Notes under the pieces: generated by a model | Seen by the model: the letters and a program-made list of their open reading frames with translations, nothing else | The model's database searches: none | What the model was told of the DNA's origin: nothing | Position numbers and translations under genes: made by a program | In this document: piece after piece, positions 57,606 to 64,000 of the stretch | How positions within the stretch are numbered: the first letter of the stretch is position 1 | Layout: each line of letters begins with the position of its first letter | Assembly (NCBI GenBank): GCA_964016885.1 | Contig: OZ024756.1 | Coordinates: forward strand, 36,332,001-36,396,000 | DNA length: 64,000 nt | Direction of reading: 5' to 3' | DNA from: Eledone cirrhosa | Taxonomy: Eukaryota

Positions 57606-58037
57606 TAATATATATACACATTTAATATATATATATTAAATAAATATACATATACTTACATATATATATTTATATATATATACACACACACACATGTATA
57701 TACATATATATATAATATATATGTATATATATATATATATATATACTATATATATATACAAAATATATATATATATATATATACAACACATATATATATA
57801 TATATATATATATGCACATACCACTTAAAGGTCTTTGTTCCACATGGTGTCACGTTGTACGGGGTGGTGACAGGTTCGAGTTAGTGTCACATCTCACTAA
57901 TTGCCAAAATCCTGTTTTTTCTCTCCTGTGGAACTGATTTCCCCCCCCCCCAATACAGAGCAGTGAGGTGTATCAATATGTCGTGATCAGTGGAGCGTAG
58001 ATTGTGGGGACATAGTGACGTGAGCACATATACACAG

Positions 58038-58077
<40 letters not shown>

Positions 58078-58712
58078 AATGACACACACGTCCACTCACA
58101 TACACACACACGTCCACTCGCAAATACACACACCACAGAGACGTCCACTCACATACATACACACACACACACAGACGTCCACTCACATACACACACACAC
58201 ACAGACGTCCACTCACATACACACACACACAGAGACGTCCACTCCCATACACACACACAGAGACGTCCACTCCCATACACACACACACACACACAGACGG
58301 CCACTCACACACACACACACGGACGTACACTCACACACAGACACAGAGACGTTCACTCACACACACACACACACATACAAACACCCACGCCCACACACAC
58401 ACACAGATAAACACCCACGCCCCCACACACAGATAAACACCCACGCCCACACACACACACACAGACACATACACACAAACACCCCTACACACATATATAT
58501 AGACACACATTAAGGCCATACATAGCTGTGATTGGTAAATTCTATATTTGATTACTGAGGTATTTGAGGTTAGCTGAACATATGTAGTTCACAATTCCTA
58601 AATATAATCACATGCTAGCCTCACACACACACAGTCACACGCATTTATACACACACACACACACAGGCACATGCACACACACACACACACACACACGCAC
58701 ATATATATATAT

Positions 58713-58897
58713 AAGTTTATCCCGTGTTCAATCGGGGGTAACCACAGTAAGTAAGGTACTCAATACATAGCAGAGTATACATATTTAATATAGAAAGGCT
58801 TCTACAGGACTAGAACTGCTTAAATCATCAGGAAGCCCAGATGATTTCTCCCGAATGAAACAGTTCTAGTCCTGTAGAAGCTTTTCTATATTAAATA
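58713..58897 (-). mobile_element. Family B insert with inverted duplication, both HHR copies damaged
   Basis: Tail on the - strand. The - copy lacks GAAA and the + copy has a CAGATGA core at 58838-58844. Confidence 0.7.
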
Positions 58898-59050
58898 AAT
58901 AAATAAATAAATATATATATATATAAATAAATAAATATATATATATATATCCATATATAAATATATATATATATATCTATATATATATACACATATATAT
59001 ATATATAAATATACATATATATATAAATATATATATATACGTATATATAT

Positions 59051-59084
<34 letters not shown>

Positions 59085-59085
<1 letters not shown>

Positions 59086-59272
59086 ATTGTTTCTACTTTT
59101 GGTACAAGGCCAGCAATATTGCAGTACATTACTGGTACTTTATTTTATCGACCCCGTAAGGATGAAAGGCAAAGTTAACCTCGGCGGGATTTGAACTCAG
59201 ATCATAAAGGGACGTAACTCTATGCTTCAAAGCATGGTGTCCGACTCTCTACCGATACCGCCAACCGCCAAT
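59085..59272 (-). mobile_element. tRNA-derived SINE
   Basis: Full-length copy of the dominant family. Confidence 0.8.
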
Positions 59273-59478
59273 CCAATGAAATTATTATGAGTGTGTTTAC
59301 ATTGCATGTGTATACATACATATATATTACATGTATACATATATATATTGATATATATATATATATATATGTATATAGCATTTGGAAAGACCAATGGAAA
59401 CATTGTTTCCTCGGTCCGATTTGACGAGCTCCGTTCCACTCGTTAAGCGAATGAGGTTTGAATCGTGTCAATCGACTG

Positions 59479-60220
<742 letters not shown>

Positions 60221-60360
60221 GTGTGTGTGTATGTGTGTGTATGCCTGTATGAATGTATGTATATATATGTATTACACTCTACGATGTCTTGTCAACCTGG
60301 TAGGGCGTATGGTGTGTTTTACGCGAAATAAAAATACCCTCTATCAACACTGTTTATACC

Positions 60361-60430
<70 letters not shown>

Positions 60431-60559
60431 GTATATGTCTGTGTGTGTGTGTGTGTGGGAGGGGGGGGGGGCAGATAGACAATGGAAGAGAAAGAGAGAA
60501 TGACGGGAAGTGATGAGGGAGGACGCGGGTACAAAAAAAAATATTTAATGTATGTAAAT

Positions 60560-60667
<108 letters not shown>

Positions 60668-61209
60668 GTTATTTGAGATGTAAGACCGTGTGTTAATGTT
60701 TTGTGTTTTTTTCTTGCTTATCTGAAAGTATTGATTGACAAATCATCGCCTCAAATAACATGTCGGGAGAGATGGTCCCGGGTGGGTTGGAGGACGGCCT
60801 CTAAGTAACACTCCTACACCGTTACAAAAACATCACATTAGAAAACAAACAAACACAATACCTTTTGAACTATTCCTAAATACTAAATACTAAATACGAG
60901 AACAAAAATACCAAAGGCAACAGCAACAAACCAAGACAACAACAAGGCATTTGGTGGTGGTGGTGGTGGCGAGGAGGAATAAAGGGGTGTTGGGGATAGA
61001 GGAGGAATAGGGGGTGGTGAAGAGAGGAGGAGAGGAGTATATTTTGACATAATCTAAACATACAAACCAAAGGGATTAATACACAGGGCTAAAATATCTC
61101 TAAGCCTTTTGCTTACAAATACACATTTGTAGGATTCTTGCATATACATACATATATATATAGAGAGATATAGATATATACATACATATATACACACACA
61201 CATATATGT

Positions 61210-61256
<47 letters not shown>

Positions 61257-61374
61257 GGAACAAGTAAGACCCCGACGGCTGAGCTTACTTGTTCCTATTA
61301 CCCACTCTACTACCCTAAGTATTGAGTACTTTGGTGCGTTATGGTCCACCTGGTTCCTTACCACATTTCCTTCG

Positions 61375-61375
<1 letters not shown>
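61257..61375 (+). mobile_element. Family A insert with short fold-back
   Basis: ggaacaagtaag...cttacttgttcc hairpin, then the full family A tail. Confidence 0.7.
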
Positions 61376-61414
<39 letters not shown>

Positions 61415-61417
<3 letters not shown>

Positions 61418-61508
61418 TTATCCCGGGTTCAATCGGAGGTAACCACAGTAAGTAAGGTACTCAATACAATGCAGAGTATAAATATTTAATATAGAAGAGG
61501 CTTCTACA
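61415..61508 (-). mobile_element. Family B insert truncated at the HHR cleavage site
   Basis: Tail on the - strand. Homology stops at tgta|gaagcc and merges into (TACA)n. Confidence 0.65.
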
Positions 61509-61530
61509 TACATACATATGCACACACATA

Positions 61531-61618
<88 letters not shown>

Positions 61619-61802
61619 TATATAGATGTGGGAGCAGTATAATGTGTCCGTCTCTCTGTAAACAACAACTCCCAAATAACAGTTAAAAGCAATGATACCA
61701 TTCCAAGAAAATTCTCTTGTTTTGACAACTCTTAACAACACCCTGAAATATATTTTTCTTTTCTTTCGTTTTCTCTCAATCATTCTCTCTTTCTCTGTCT
61801 CC

Positions 61803-61864
<62 letters not shown>

Positions 61865-62228
61865 CTATCTATCTATATCCCTCTCTCCCCCCTCTCTCTC
61901 CCCCTTTTTTCTCTTTCTCTCTCTTTCCTTCTTTCTGCATCTTGTTTTGTTTTCGATTTCTTTTTATTTGTTATTTTTTCTTTGTTTTCTTTCAAAGAGA
62001 CCTATTTGCTGAGTATCTTTTTTTTTTATTTGGTTGCTCTCATCACCAAAATCACTCATCATCATCATCATCATCACCATCCTCATCATCAGAAGGAGAA
62101 GATATGGGGTTCAATCCCTCTAATGGTCGTTGACAAATTCTTTTTTCTGTTTTTAACGGCCCTCACCTTATTTTATAAACTATCTTTATAGCATTTATGC
62201 GCTTGAGTAATTTCTTTCTACTTACACA

Positions 62229-62290
<62 letters not shown>

Positions 62291-62589
62291 GGTGGCCCTT
62301 AGCAATAGGTAATTTTCCGAAAGTTAAAAGCTGCTCCCACCCCACAATCCTGTTCCAATCAACAAAACAACGGGGTGTGCAAAGTTTTAGCTCAATCGGA
62401 CAACTATTGAAGGTGGAACATAGAACACGCAACGATTAATTCTGTTCAAAAGCGATATACTGTTCCCTATCTCGACCATTTTCTTTTTTCTTCATAGAGA
62501 AATTTATGTGGACACATCCAGGCAACCCCAGCAAATGTTTAAAAACCTTCTGAATCAAATTTACCAAATTAACCTTGGTCTCCTTTTCT

Positions 62590-63646
62590 GCTTGCTCTCG
62601 TTGCTCTCCTTTTATCCTTGCTCTCGTTGCTCTCCTTTATCCTTGCTCTCGTTGCTCTCCTTTTATCCTTGCTCTCCTTGCTCTCCCTTTCTCCTTGTTA
62701 TCCTTGCTCTCCTTTTATCCTTGCTCTCCTTGCTCTCCCTTTCTCCTTGTTATCCTTGCTCTCCTTTTATCCTTGCTCTCCTTGCTCTCCCTTTCTCCTT
62801 GTTATCCTTGCTCTCCTTTTATCCTTGCTCTCCTTGCTCTCCCTTTCTCCTTGTTATCCTTGCTCTCCTTTTATCCTTGCTCTCCTTGCTCTCCCTTTCT
62901 CCTTGTTATCCTTGCTCTCCTTTTATCCTTGCTCTCCTTGCTCTCCCTTTCTCCTTGTTATCCTTGCTCTCCTTTTATCCTTGCTCTCCTTGCTCTCCCT
63001 TTCTCCTTGTTATCCTTGCTCTCCTTTTATCCTTGCTCTCCTTGCTCTCCCTTTCTCCTTGTTATCCTTGCTCTCCTTTTATCCTTGCTCTCCTTGCTCT
63101 CCCTTTCTCCTTGTTATCCTTGCTCTCCTTTTATCCTTGCTCTCCTTGCTCTCCCTTTCTCCTTGTTATCCTTGCTCTCCTTTTATCCTTGCTCTCCTTG
63201 CTCTCCCTTTCTCCTTGTTATCCTTGCTCTCCTTTTATCCTTGCTCTCCTTGCTCTCCCTTTCTCCTTGTTATCCTTGCTCTCCTTTTATCCTTGCTCTC
63301 CTTGCTCTCCCTTTCTCCTTGTTATCCTTGCTCTCCTTTTATCCTTGCTCTCCTTGCTCTCCCTTTCTCCTTGTTATCCTTGCTCTCCTTTTATCCTTGC
63401 TCTCCTTGCTCTCCCTTTCTCCTTGTTATCCTTGCTCTCCTTTTATCCTTGCTCTCCTTGCTCTCCCTTTCTCCTTGTTATCCTTGCTCTCCTTTTATCC
63501 TTGCTCTCCTTGCTCTCCCTTTCTCCTTGTTATCCTTGCTCTCCTTTTATCCTTGCTCTCCTTGCTCTCCCTTTCTCCTTGTTATCCTTGCTCTCCTTTT
63601 ATCCTTGCTCTCCTTGCTCTCCCTTTCTCCTTGTTATCCTTGCTCT
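62590..63646. repeat. Homogeneous 52-bp pyrimidine-rich minisatellite, about 19 copies
   Basis: Unit atccttgctctccttgctctccctttctccttgttatccttgctctcctttt, with shorter precursor-like units at 62590-62665. Confidence 0.95.
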
Positions 63647-63853
63647 GGGGGCAAATTTGGCAAATTTGGTCAATTTAGTTGTAGTGATTAGTTTACCTGT
63701 TATTATCAAATACCAACCAACATATATACAAAAAAAAATATCAATATGCAATAAACATAACATGTAGCTCATATACAAATAGATGTGGGGTGTTTTTGTA
63801 GTTTGGGGAGAAAAATATAATTATTGGGGGGGGGGGGGGGATTCTACCGACCT

Positions 63854-63901
<48 letters not shown>

Positions 63902-64000
63902 GTACACATAAATAATTTATGGAGTATAAATATGGTCCGATTCTGAGTCAACTTCCGTTGTGACTGTTACATTTCCGGTCTGAAGGTACCACCCTGTTAT

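Noticed and set aside
62508-63767. Three overlapping 357-419 aa Leu/Ser/Pro/Cys ORFs
   Set aside because: All three frames are open because the 52-bp unit has no stop codon. The unit length is not a multiple of 3 and there is no splice or domain evidence.

Overview
Eukaryotic, very AT-rich window saturated with microsatellites. The SINE repertoire and (TA)n/(CA)n density look like an octopus or other coleoid genome (inference, no database check). Nearly all ORFs in the supplied track are microsatellite artefacts. One real spliced gene is visible on the + strand: a Shisa-like single-pass membrane protein. Its five phase-consistent coding exons are 9311-9518, 14339-14529, 15753-15923, 19789-19870 and 20916-21120, and a signal-peptide exon may end at 5452. 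The rest is transposable-element debris: tRNA-derived SINEs, RTE-LINE fragments, a dead mariner, Tc1/mariner MITEs and minisatellites. The main hidden signal is RNA-level. A 310-bp tandem array at 37110-37901 carries a hammerhead ribozyme (HHR) in each unit and folds extensively, which fits a non-LTR retrozyme that produces circular RNA. At least six other families of short HHR-bearing, Penelope-like inserts sit in or beside (TA)n tracts, many as fold-back hairpins centred on the ribozyme. All folding was done by eye.
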